From Eledone cirrhosa (taxonomy: Eukaryota), in the NCBI GenBank assembly GCA_964016885.1, contig OZ024742.1, positions 72,354,001 through 72,418,000 on the forward strand: a DNA stretch of 64,000 nucleotides. Direction: 5' to 3'. Every line of letters starts with the position of its first letter. The stretch's first letter is position 1. This document shows positions 1 through 12,759 of this stretch, in pieces. A program made the position numbers and the translations under genes. Below the pieces are notes generated by a model that worked only from the letters and a program-made list of their open reading frames with translations, was not told where the DNA came from and did no database searches.

Positions 1-3000
1 TTGAAATACACCCGCTGACGGGGTGTCGTTGGTGCAGTGGGAAGCCAAAAATGCACCAAAAGGCTTCATTGCTGCTAATGTATCGGCCTGCTTGGTAATC
101 AGATACCTCGTCTCTACTGTTTTCATGACGAAGACCAAAGACGGCAGCATCCGATCCCTTGCTTACGTACTTACAAACGTATTTAATTGATTTTACTGAG
201 TTGCAAAATTCGACGTTTATATGGGCGTTGAACGTTTTCAAGAGGAGGGGGCAATATGGCACTATTCAGCTGTTGTCGATTTCTCGTTCGCCAACTTTTG
301 CTGCGCCTATACAACGGATATCCGTCACCGCCAGTCTGTGTTTCCTGTAAACACGGCCTGGGATATCGTTTTGTACACTTTCCGTCGTGTATGCACGGGG
401 ACTTCATATTGGGTCCATGTCCGCAAGGACCATGGACCATGTTTGATGTGACTATAGAGAAGAGGTCCTTGTCAATCGACGGATCAGGTAGTTCGGCAGA
501 AATGAATTTGTCGATGTAGTTTGAACTGATTTTTGTAACCAACCAAATCAAGATATGGGCATGCGGCAGCCCTCGTTTCTGCCATTCAACCGTGTATATG
601 TCGCACCTGACAGGCCCAAAAACCTGTCCTTTCTTTAATAAATCCATTAATTTAGATAATTACAGTCGAAACACTCTTGCTATGAGATCGTGCCTGTGTC
701 TTGGCGCTTGACCGTGGAACAGTTCGGTTGAATCTCCTTCCACTTGGGATTGCATGTAAACGTTATGAAAAAGTCGGGGCGCCCATAATGTCGTACGTAA
801 GTCATGGCGTCCTGAGTCCTCTCGTGCATGTATCGGGGTCCCCCTGTGAACGTTGAAGGCAAAATACACACTTGCCCTAAATTGTCTGGGGATACGTCGT
901 TATTAATTCCATTGCGTAGATGAATCTAGCATTCAGATCGAAGTTTCTTTTGATTTAATTTAATGAACCATAATCTCTCGGACTCCATTTTAACGGCCAT
1001 ATCAACAGCAAATTGTTGGAAAAGGTCCTGAGAACGGTGTAGATGGTTGAATGAATTGTCCCTGACTATAAATTGGAAAGCTTAGAAATCCATGGAGGTG
1101 ACAGTTTTGCTAAGATGTGCCTCACCATTGCCTGCTGAATGTTGAGGAATGCCGAAATGGTATCCGTCCTCGCCGTTGACAAATAGCAATGGATACTGGA
1201 GTGCATCGTAGGACCTGTGTGTCTCATTGATACGCTGTAATGTGCTGTCTCGGTGCTGTTCACAACAAATAACCGCAGCAATCTCATTACATGTTGGTGC
1301 GTTGAACCGACCAGCGTGTTCTCCAGATGGCCTTCGGTCAGCATGTATGACGACACGAAAGTTTTGGTTGGTGGCTGTCTCCAAAGCATACTTGAAACTG
1401 TGAATATAGCTGTTTTTGTCATGAAGCATTTCTTGAAGTTTTATTATCGTTTCAATGTTAGTTTCGGACGAAATAGAGTTTCGCATCTCTGCCTGCTCCT
1501 GATAGTTTCCAACGAAGTATAACTGAAGAAATTGAGGATCCTTTTCTGCCAGAGGCTGAATAGACCCAATCAAGTGGACCTTGAAAGTTGGCATGCACCC
1601 ACGTTCCGAGGCAAGCTTTGCTCCGAAGGATGTCATCTGAAACGCGGAATTGTATTGGGGGGGGATATTACGCAGAAACTTCGATGATTCCTCCGTCGTG
1701 TCTGTCAAAAGGAGTTGCAATGTCTCTAGAGGGTCGTGAATAGGAGGTAGTCTAACTTTACCATTTGAACAGCACATTCCATCTCTCTCCTCTGGCCACT
1801 TTTCGTACGACAAAACTGGCAAGTAGAGGTCATTTCCCCAATTTGAATATCTGCATGGACGGCGTAGTCGGAGGAGGGGTCGTAGTTAAAGGCCTTCAAC
1901 AACCATCGTGGATTGCAAGTCCTAGAAATTCCATGTAACGATGATCGCCGCTGTTCACTTTGCAGAAGTCGGCCACGTCGTTGCTCTATGGTTTCAGTAT
2001 TTCGTGCAGCAGCAGTGGCAGCGGCGTCCCTGCTTCATTGAACGGCGCGTTGTCCTTCGTGCTCTTGAGCGCAAGCAGCAGATGTTGCAGCGGCGACCCT
2101 GCTTCGTCGAACGGCACGTCGTCCTTCATCCTCTCGAGCGCGAGCAGCAGCAGTCGCGGCAGCATCTTTGTTCCGTCGAAGTTCACGTCGACTGTCATCA
2201 TCCTCCGCTCTTGCAGCTGCTGTCTGCACAGCATTCTGTGAGAACCTGGTCGCATCTATATCTTCGGCGGGACGCCTTCGCTTAGACCTACTTGTACCAT
2301 TAGATAATCGACCAATAAAAGTTCTTTTCTTGAGGGCCATTGTTTTTAGAAAATTAACCAAGGAGAACGATAAATAGTGGACAAATAATGTTTAAATAAG
2401 CAAATCTAAACACGGATATAACTTGTGAAAAAATGTGATAAATCTATGTGGTCTGAGAAAGTGGGTATGTTTTGCAAGATTTTGTGTACCAGTCAAATTT
2501 CAGGTTTTAAGTTAGGGGTAACGCAGCGTACGGTCTACCTGTGATAAAGGAAATTAAATAGTTTGACTACAGTGGTAGGTATATAAGTGTCAGTATGTTT
2601 GTTCAGTTCGAACATAGCAATAAGCAAGTACTAACCATTGAAAGGATACAGGCAAAAATGGCCGAAAAATCACAGCATGATAAACTGGAACCCTATGACC
2701 ATAAACACATTAACTAAACCTCCTTTAAGGTGACAAATGTTGAAGAAGCATGCATTTCAGAAACATGGAGGTAGCTTTTGAGAGTACGCATGTAAAAAAA
2801 AACCTACCACTTGTCAAAAGCCAAAAAAGAAGTGTGATCCTAGGTCGGACTTGACCGATATAAATAGGAGTGATTTCGCTCAATGAACAACACTCGAGTT
2901 GTCTGATTGGTTAGATAATACAAATAAGTGTGATGAAATCTACTGAACACAACTCACTGATGTGTGGTTGCCCAGAGGTCGCCATTTCGCACTTAATTGA

Positions 3001-4355
3001 GGTGCAATTAAACGGGGGAGACAACCGGGTGCAAAAACTAATCAATCATTCGCACAGTTTAGACATGAGTGTGAAATAGAACAATCCACATACAGTAGGC
3101 GTTAAAATTTACACCTGGGTTAAATCGCGCTTTCTTGCTTAGGAGTGTGAAATGACGCCAAAGTTCAAGGAAAAAAATTTAACTCCCCATTCCGCACTTA
3201 ATTGTGGTGCAATTATACGGGGAGACAACCGGGTGCAAAATTAAATTCAATCATCCTAAAATTAACTAGACAAACTAAAGTTAAGTCAGGGGGATTTAAA
3301 AATTCGCTACTCCATTTGTAGGACATGAGTAACCGATGCGTCAACTTTCGTTTAAATTGACTTTTATTTCCAGAAGTTGAAATGCTTTGCTGCGACCATA
3401 ATATGAACTTTAAAAGTGGTCCAAAGGGGCTCGGCTCACTGACCTCCCCAGGGGGTTCCCTTTCAAAATTCAAGTGATCACGAATGTGTGGTGCTTTGTC
3501 TTATGGCAGGCAATAACCATTTCGTTTAGTTTTTGTAAGAATCAAATATAAACTCCCGAGGTTATGGTGCTTTTTTATTGTGTCAGTTTGAACTTTTATA
3601 GGTTAATGAATTGGGCTCATTGTCCCCGAGGGAGTCCTCTTGCTGAATTGAAATGAAAGTAAATGTGCCTCACTGTGTCTTCATCTGTAGTACATGAATA
3701 ACAACTAAGTCGAAATTCATTTTATTGGACTACCAATTATCGAAGCTATGACGCTTTGCTGCATTACAATAGCCAAATTCAATAAATGACTCGCCAGGGC
3801 TTACTGCCCTCTGGGGGTCCCCTTGATAAGTTCAAGTAAAAGTTCATGTATTCACCTTCCTTTATAAGCCATGGGTAACCAATACGTCTCGCTTCGTGAA
3901 AACCAAACACCAACTCAAGCAGTTATGACGTTTTGTTGCATTGATGATATCAACTTCAACATTCATCAAGTCGGTTTACTGCCCTCCAAGGGATCCCCTA
4001 CCTGAATTTCTGCGCAAGTGCATGCCTACAAATTTATTTGTAGGCCATAGGCAAACAAAAGAATAATTTTTGTGAAGATGGGAGGCAAACTGCAGGAATT
4101 ATGGAGCCTTTGTGCAGCAGTACTGCTGACTCCAAGCGAGAGGCTTAATGGGGTTATCTGCCCCTGGGGGGGGAGGGGTCACAGTCGATATACGGGGAAA
4201 AAATAGAACAAGAATGAAGTGTTCATTCTCCTGACATGGCTATAAAATTGAGGCTTGTTTGCAAAATTGAAAACGAATCGAATGTTAATTATTAATATTC
4301 GAAAAACTCAGATTACATTTATTGTATTCAGTCATGTAGAGCGAAATTTTCTTTT

Positions 4356-4360
<5 letters not shown>
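1..4360 (-). mobile_element. Helitron (5' part), frameshifted Rep domain; continues off the left edge
   Basis: Fragmented minus-strand ORFs carry Helitron Rep motifs: YNSAFQMTSFG, YDALQYPL, TFTGGPRYM, PDFFITFTCNP, VEWQKRGLPHAHIL (HUH) and HGPCG..SPC..C.K.YP. The N-terminus (2035-2340) has 23-aa Ala/Arg-rich repeats. The 5' end near 4360 is approximate and abuts (TA)n. Confidence 0.9.
3420..4190. repeat. Degenerate ~180-bp tandem repeat in the Helitron 5' non-coding region
   Basis: A TGCCC..GGGG..CCC-like core recurs at ~3440, 3620, 3805, 3980 and 4160. A separate ~50-bp direct repeat lies at ~2987 and ~3193. Confidence 0.6.
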
Positions 4361-4406
<46 letters not shown>

Positions 4407-4559
4407 ATCTGTTATTTTAATAAATATATATATATATATACAAATAAATTATCGAGAATCGCATTTCGGCCCACGAAATAACGAAAAACAACCTCCGAAA
4501 TGTGTGGCAAGTGCTCAATGATTCAGATGAACCAGAGCTATAACAAACGTTAAAGGCCA

Positions 4560-4680
<121 letters not shown>

Positions 4681-5579
4681 GGTAGATAAAATGCGTCCAT
4701 AGGCGGTATGCTGGTTGAGCACTCTCTGGTCCTACGGAGCAGAGTATGATAAAATGGAAAACGAAGAATCAGTGATGTATCGAAACACAATTTATTGCGT
4801 ATTACAATTGTTTCTCTGGCGAACAGCTCGAGTTGCGATCTTTTGGTGGATCGGACCTGACTCTGGATTCGCAAGATCCTCAGATACGTCTGTTGGTTTC
4901 AAAGCAGGTTCTTTTTCTAAAGGGTTCCGATCTTCCGAGTCTCTATCGTCTGTCTTCATCCTGTTTGCGCGTCCTTTGCGTTGGTCATTGGTTTGTGACG
5001 TCATCACAGTTCTGGCCTCTGAAATCTGCCCACTGACCATCTAGTCGTGAGCTGTCACTCATCTTCGTCCCATCCTCAAAATTACTGCTATGTGTACCTA
5101 CACACACACTCCCGTATAAACTCACACACACAGACAGACACATACAGATAGAGCCTGGGTGCTTGCGTTCGCGCATGTACCTACACGTTCATATACACTT
5201 ATCTATACATACACACACGTACACAGTCACACAAATATACGTGTACATACACACACAGAGAGGCACATACCCACACATGCATATACGCGTGTATATACAC
5301 ACACAGACACACACATGTGTACGTACATACAGCTACTTACCCCCACACACACATATATACATATACACGTGCTTTCCATGTCGATAAAAAAAAGTACCAG
5401 TCTATTATCTTTCTCATTTCCTCTCTCTCTCCCTTTCTATCATTCTCTGGGAGAAATCTGCTATACTCAGGCTTGGAGAGGGATGGGCTCCGCCAGGCTT
5501 AAAATGCCCAAGAAACGCCGTATGTCTATACGGCTCCTCTACGACTCTATCAGGAGTTACGGGACCATACTATACCATA

Positions 5580-5636
<57 letters not shown>

Positions 5637-5856
5637 CCCTTTAGCATTCACATTATTTTATATATACTATCATATTTTCACGGTAAAGGCTTTACCTCAT
5701 ATAATTATCTCACATAATATCGAATCTATGAGATTTTGAAAGTATTTATTTTGAGAACAATACCTTAACATTAGTTTGAGTGACTAATTACAGCCAGTTT
5801 CAACAGAAAGGGGTAGAGAATTCTGGTCGGTTTTGGCCGGTTTGATCATTAAAGGG
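5637..5856. mobile_element. piggyBac-like MITE
   Basis: Termini CCCTTTA...TAAAGGG, flanked on both sides by TTAG (5633-5636 and 5857-5860). Confidence 0.6.
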
Positions 5857-5891
5857 TTAGGGCGAGAAATAAAATTCTAATTTTATATATA

Positions 5892-6712
5892 TATATTAGA
5901 AAGAGTCAAGGGCCGCCAGCTGAGCTCTTGTCGTTTCGACAGCTAGTTCAAGACGATTGACAAACAGACTTACAGTGGACTGGCCATTTCATCAAAGGCG
6001 TGGCTTAGGTGATTAACGTGTCGGTAAAATAATAAGTAGTCCATATAAGGGATAAGCTTCTTTATAGGGTGTTAAAGAGAAGTTTTAGAATAAATTGATT
6101 ATATATACACTACCGGATATCGTGGCGTCGAAGACGCTACTTTTTTCTAAAATAAGTTTCAAAAATTTACCATGCATCCTGGAGGCCGAAGGTTGTTTAT
6201 TATTTTTTTTCAAATTTTTGGTTGTCAAAACTAGAGTGCGTCCTGGAGGACGAAGTTTCTTCGACGCCGGGAAATAGGATGTATATTTTTTTGTGGGAAT
6301 GGTTGTGTGTGCGGGTGTGTAGCTGCGCAAGTGTGTGTATGCGTGGCGTTCGCCATTTCTGTGGCCAGAGTGGTTAGAAAACTTAGCCGACTTAATTGCA
6401 AACTCGAAACCAGCACTGACGCCATCAAAAATCACTAACACCCCCGGACCAAAGTCATGCTAATACAATTTTTATATGCCTGTCAACAAACGAATCGATT
6501 TCTTAGTGTTCTAAAAGATCACAGATCAGCTGGTCGGTATTATAATACCGACCCTGATGATATAGCCAGTGGTTAGTAGGTTAGTTTGACAAGTCTGCAA
6601 CTAACTGTCAAAATGGCAAGAGCTCAGCAGTCGGGCCCCGAATCTTTCTAATATAGTCACACTCTACTATCCAAAGTATCAAGTACTCTATTCAATACTG
6701 TTTTACCTGATA
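5892..6712. mobile_element. Non-autonomous element with ~55-70-bp imperfect inverted repeats plus a one-sided extension
   Basis: TATATTAGAAAGAGTCAAGGGCCGCCAGCTGAGCTCTTG at 5892 is the imperfect reverse complement of CAAGAGCTCAGCAGTCGGGCCCCGAATCTTTCTAATATA ending at 6655. Related to 38761-38946. Confidence 0.7.
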
Positions 6713-7662
6713 TATATATTATATATATATATATATTCTGTATGCCTTTTGCACATATATACGTATATACACATACACATACATTTATATATATGTGTGT
6801 GTGTTTGTGTGTGTATCTGTGTGTATCTGTGTATCTGTGTGTCTGTGTGTCTGTGTCTGTATGTGTGTGTGTGTGAAGATATTGAGCTATATATATAGAG
6901 AGGGGAGCTGCGTAATATGCCAGCATACAGTTCAAAGCCCTGCTTTCTTAATCCTGTCGTTTTTAAATTTCACGTTCTCAGTTGTTTATGTACTTTGTGT
7001 CTTGTGTATAGTTTCTCGTGTTTCATTTAATGATTCTAGGCCAACAAATTTCCCTGCATCTGCATTAATCTAAAATTTTAAACAATGTCAAGTATTTTAC
7101 ATCAATCTCAGTTTCTACTTGATCTGAGAGCAGCATAATTTTTTTATTTTTTAGATGTCCCGCCAAATATCGGATTGTCATGTTTTCTATTGTCATGTTT
7201 TCTATTTTTAATATTTTTATCTTTATTTTTATTTTTTATGTTCCGTTTAATACAGGACATGTGCACTTATTGCTTTAAGTATTTCGCAAATTCTGGAATT
7301 TCCTGCCATTTCATTCTGGATATTCCGCCAAACAAGAAGTCGTCCACTTTTTTTTCTTACTGTTCCGTTGAAAGGGAAGGGAACTCATCGTTAGATTGGA
7401 TCTAGGAAATTATTTTACCATTGATCTTCCTATTGCTGTTACTGTAGCGAAATCTCTCCACACTTATTGACCTCCAAATGACATAGCAGAGATGTTTCTC
7501 TTTATCTTGGGTTGGTGCCAATGGTCTGGAGAGACTGGCCAACTTGAGGTTAAATGAGATAAGTTTTTCCTTATATCATTTCTCGGAAGAGGACCTCAGA
7601 AGTTGCAGAAATGATTTAAAGCATTTAAGATGTAGTCCACTGTCTCACACAGACCCTGTGGG

Positions 7663-7800
<138 letters not shown>

Positions 7801-7965
7801 AACGACTATCGACTCATTACAGAAAATGGTAACTACCATCTTTTGAATCAATGCACACACTCATATATCACAATAACTATTTTAACAGGAATCATCTACC
7901 ACTGATTAATAGAAACATATATTTTGAATTTCATGTGATATATACACAATGTACACTGTTGAGTC

Positions 7966-9870
7966 TGTAGCGCTCTCTAGGCAGGGAAGTAGCTAGAGTT
8001 ACTTCCCGTCGAAAGTCTAGATCCCTCTTTGTAACTTTCGGAAAGAGGATATAAATAGCGGCAACGCAGTCAAGCTCCCTCTCTTTTTGGCGCCTTCCTT
8101 CGAACTGACAACACTGAAGACAAGCATGTTAACTTTTCTCTAACCACCTATCATGGATCTGGACTATACCTAATTATGTACGAGAATATTTGTTTACAAC
8201 AATTATAACATGAAGCTACAATAAAAATGAAGACTTATATTCAATACCCGTTCCGAGAAACTGCTTACGTTTTATCATTATCTTTGTAATGGGAATTAAC
8301 TCTCATTCGACATGGTGTTATGTAAAAATATCTTATCCTTTTCTTTATAAAATTTAGTAGTTAGATTCCAATGACATTTACTCGAGTAAATAACCATGGG
8401 TCTGGCAGAACACTAAAATGGTGACCCTGACGGAGTGAAATACCAACTACTAAAATGGTGACCCCGAGCAAACACTAAAATGGTGACCCCGAGCAAACAC
8501 TAAAATGGTGACCCCGAGCAAACACTAAAATGGTGACCCTAACGTAAAATAACACCAACTGAAGAATGAAGAAAAAAAAAATTTCTATTCCCACCTCACG
8601 TGGTGACAACGTTCAAATGCTTCTAACTTGGCTGTTTATACTTTTGCTACATCTTACTACGAACCATTCATTAAATTGTACTCTTTCATTTTTGAACATG
8701 ATATTTCTTTTTCTGAAAATTACACCTCATGTCTTTCTCGTTCAACCAAGCTTTTGTTTAAAACCAACAACCAATATGGCGACTGCCTCTTTCATTTTCG
8801 AGCAGCCATCTTCTTCGTTTCGTCATTTTCCCGCGCGGTGGATTTTACCAACACTCATTGCTATTCATCTCAAAGAATAGTTCGGCCACGAGCTACTTTA
8901 TTAATGCCAGTAAAAAAATTGCGACACCTTGCGTCGTAAATTGACGTCACTTGCTGGGCATTTTTATGCACGTTCGTTCTGCAGTCAGCTACTTAAAAGA
9001 AACTTATCTGGACATTTCCTCTGACCAGTTCTGCTGCTGCAAATTGGAATATTTACCTCTTCCATCTTCTGAAGGAAAAATTCTCTGCGATATCTCTACT
9101 GGCTCACCCAGACCACTTGTTCCAGATTGCCAGCTAAAGTAGAGGCGATTCAGCAATTAGCACCACCAACATCCTTGAAACAATTACGTCATTTCTTGGG
9201 ATTAATTAACTTTTATCGTCGCTTTATTCCTAACTGTGCGGACAAGTCATTCCCCTTGACACAGTTTTTGAGGGCTGCAAAAAAGAAAGATGAAAAAAAT
9301 TTCACTTTCTGCCGATGCATTGCAGTCTTTTAAATCCATCAAGTCTGAGCTAGCTAAAGTTTCCTTCCTTGCCCATCCTGTTGCAAATGCGAGATTTTCT
9401 TTATCTGTTGATGCATCTGATCGTGCTGTTGGCGCAGTTTTGCATCATGTAATCGATCACCAAGTTCAACCATTGGCATTTTTCTCTCGCCAATTAAAAC
9501 CACCAGAACAGAGATTCAGCACCTTTGACAGATAACTTTTGGCGATTTATCTAGCCGTGAAGCATTTCCATCACCTTTTGGATGGGCGGGAGTTCACGAT
9601 ATTCACGGACCACAAACCGTTAACGTTCGTTTTACAATCCAAGTCCGACAAGTACTCTCCGAGAGCGTATAGGCATCTGGATCTCATCTCACAGTATACC
9701 AGTGACATTCGTCACATAGCTGTAACTGCCAACATACCTGCGGACGCACCATCTCGACTTTCTGTGTAAAAGAGTGGATTGTAGAGCTACCGTAACACCT
9801 CCGTTTTGTACAGGTCGGCGCGCCATACGACTACAGCACCGGCTTTGTCGGCTGGTTTGATGACGATGTC
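7966..9870 (+). mobile_element. Rearranged, internally deleted Gypsy LTR retrotransposon
   Basis: LTR 7966-8417 (TGTAG...CTAAA, with TATAAA and AATAAA inside). tRNA-Trp-type PBS array at 8419-8545. Pol relics: LRHFLGLINFYRRFIP, SVDASDRAVGAVL, FTDHKPL. A purine tract followed by TGTAG lies at ~9770-9784. Confidence 0.85.
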
Positions 9871-10667
9871 ATCATATATATATATATATATATACTAGGG
9901 TATCAATGCATATTTAATATGTATGATGATTATGTTTTTCAATAAATAAGCTCAATTGACCTTGATTCAGAGCATCAATAACTCAAATTTAAAAGATATG
10001 TATGTGTGTGTAGAGAGAGAGAGAATCATGTATCGTTTGAGAAACACATAGTGTTTTGTACATATATATATATATATCAAATAATATTCAGGAAAATATA
10101 CGTAGTTTAAGGTGGAAAAGTCATTTCTTCTTTACAGCGCTGTTTCATAGTAAAAGAGGGGGGGGAGAACAATATATCTAAATAATCCTCTATCGATTTT
10201 ATACGGAAGAGGAATAGTTATCAGAGGAATTGTCTTAATATATATTGTACAAAATATTGTACAAAATATATTTATATCTGTCGAGGGCAGAAAGCCGCTT
10301 AAATCTCTACTCCACATGGTGTGTGCAACTGTCTAATTATAAGTGTAGAGTCTGGTACCTTCTCTATTTCTCGCCCCTTTTTCTTTCTTTTGTCTTTAGG
10401 ATACTGTAAATATATTTGCTAAAATTTTAATACAGGTGAATCCATTTTGGCAAAGATGAGACTTTCTATTTGATGGAGATCCAAGAGACTGAGATGGTGC
10501 GAAAGGCTAGTAGCTTAACCTTAGGTTCATAGCATGAATCAGATGTGAATTTGAATGCTTGATGCAGCGGGTATCGCTGGCTGTTCTTTACGATGATGCT
10601 ACCGCTATCTTGTCAAGGAGGCACAGCTGAGATGAGATACTGTCCAGTCATTGGGTATAGATGCGGC

Positions 10668-10980
10668 GAATTGGCAGGATCCTTAGAACGTCGGATAGAA
10701 TACTTTGCTGTATTTGTTCCGGCTCTCTGCATTCTGAATTCAAAACCCGCCAAGGCCAACTTTCCAGGTCGATAAAAAAAAGTACCAGAACAGTACTGGT
10801 ATCGATTCTTTCTCTATATCTCTTTATCACCACCACTCTATCACTCTCTGCCCCTATCCTTTTCTGGAAGATTGGATGTGTTCACAAATGGAGAGAGGAT
10901 GGGCTTCACCAAGTTTAAAGTGCCAAGAAATGTCATATGTCACGACGGCTCCACTACGACTCCATCATGAGTTACGGATC
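10668..10980 (+). mobile_element. tRNA-derived SINE with composite tail
   Basis: B-box-like GAATTCAAAACC, core GTCGATAAAAAAAGTACCAG and tail GGATGGGCTTCACCAAGTTTAAAGTGCCAAGAAA. Same family at ~5380-5570 (partial), 39567-39878 and 55968-56272. Confidence 0.7.
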
Positions 10981-11605
10981 CATACATACATACACACACA
11001 TGCACACATACATACATGCATACATATATATGCATACATACATATACATACATAAATACATACATACACACATACATACACGCATCCATACGCATACATA
11101 CATGCATACACACACCCATACACACACACACACGTACATACATACATGATGGCTGACCCCTCGTTATCAAGTAATGCCATTGCACTGTATACCATTATTA
11201 ATAATTATTAATTAATGCCTGTGCGTGAAGATTGTTTTAAAGTGAGGAAAGATTGTGCGCCGATCCAATCCCACTCTTTGAGCGACAGTAGCTATAACCC
11301 GAAAAGAAGAAAAGATCAACATCATCGGTAACTACTGAACCGCAGGTTTTATGTCGGAGTTATCCCAGTTTCCTGAGTTGCCTTCTCCTAGAAGAATGCC
11401 CTGACAAAGGCTAGGGGTCCTTCACTCCCAGTTGTTTAACCGCGCGATCGGGTATCCAGCCCGACTATTTCTATGTCCCCGCGCGTATACATACACATAC
11501 ACACATGCATATACATATATACATATACATACATTTGTACATGTGTATATACATATTTACACATTTTTTTACAATCATACATACATACATACATACATAC
11601 ATACA

Positions 11606-11638
<33 letters not shown>

Positions 11639-12692
11639 GGTGGCTGCCAACTCGTTTTCGAGTACGGCCACTACTTTATATCCATGTAGGAGAACTCCTA
11701 CCGATGCGCTGAAAGAGTGTGACTTTTTAGTCCAGCCAGCGACTTGAAAACTCTGGTACAAACACTACACTTGTGACAATTATTGGCACATAGTGCTGGA
11801 CCCATGGTACCATGTGACGACAAGTGCAGAGAGATCTCCAGATATAAAGCAATGCCTGTGCCGTGAAGCTTTTATAGTGAGCAAAGGCACTGCACAAAGC
11901 CAGTCCCACTCTCTTAACCAAGATGATATTTACCAAAAAGAAGAACAAGTCAACATCATTGGATACCATCAGGGTTGCAGGTGTTATATCAGAGTTTTCC
12001 TTCTCCTAGAATTCTGTCTTGACAAAGGCTAAGAGGTCATCTCTCCCGGTGATTTTGGATGGCCATTGACTCTAAAGAGCTCCTTTGCTCTTTGACAGGT
12101 TTTGTTTTTAGTCCTGCAGGATGTCCAAAGTCACCCTCCTCACCAAGAAACCTTGGTGAGATTGCCAGTTTAGTCGCCAACGCACCCGACCATGGGACAG
12201 GTTGTACTGGGATACATGTTACCAGTAGCACCAACTGGTGACCTGACATACATACATACATACATACATACATACATACATACATACATACATACATACA
12301 TACATACATACATACATACATACATACATACAACACAACTAGTTAGGAAATTACAAGTATAATCCATTAATGGAACAGTAAAAATATGTAAAACATTCCA
12401 AAAATGTTGCATCTAATAACTGCATGTACACATGTACAGATACTAAGCATATACACATGCACACATACAACTCAAAACATACACATTCACACATACAATA
12501 ACATCCATATCTACACATGCATGCATGCAGACATGCATACATGTCTACCGAGTTGATGTTGTGTAAATTCTAATGAGAGAGTCTTGTGTCTATGTAAGAA
12601 ACCGACTCTCTCTCTCTATTAGCAAACATTTGTGAAATTATAAAACCAGAAGAACATACATACATACATACATACATACATACATACATACA

Positions 12693-12723
<31 letters not shown>

Positions 12724-12759
12724 TAGTGCGCTCTAACAGCACCGCCATGACAACTAACT

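Noticed and set aside
8408-8550. CRISPR-like short direct repeats
   Set aside because: No unique spacers, no cas genes and a eukaryotic context; the units are LTR-end plus PBS duplications.
10937-12542. Many ORFs rich in YIHT/MYVC
   Set aside because: Translations of (TACA)n and (CA)n microsatellites.
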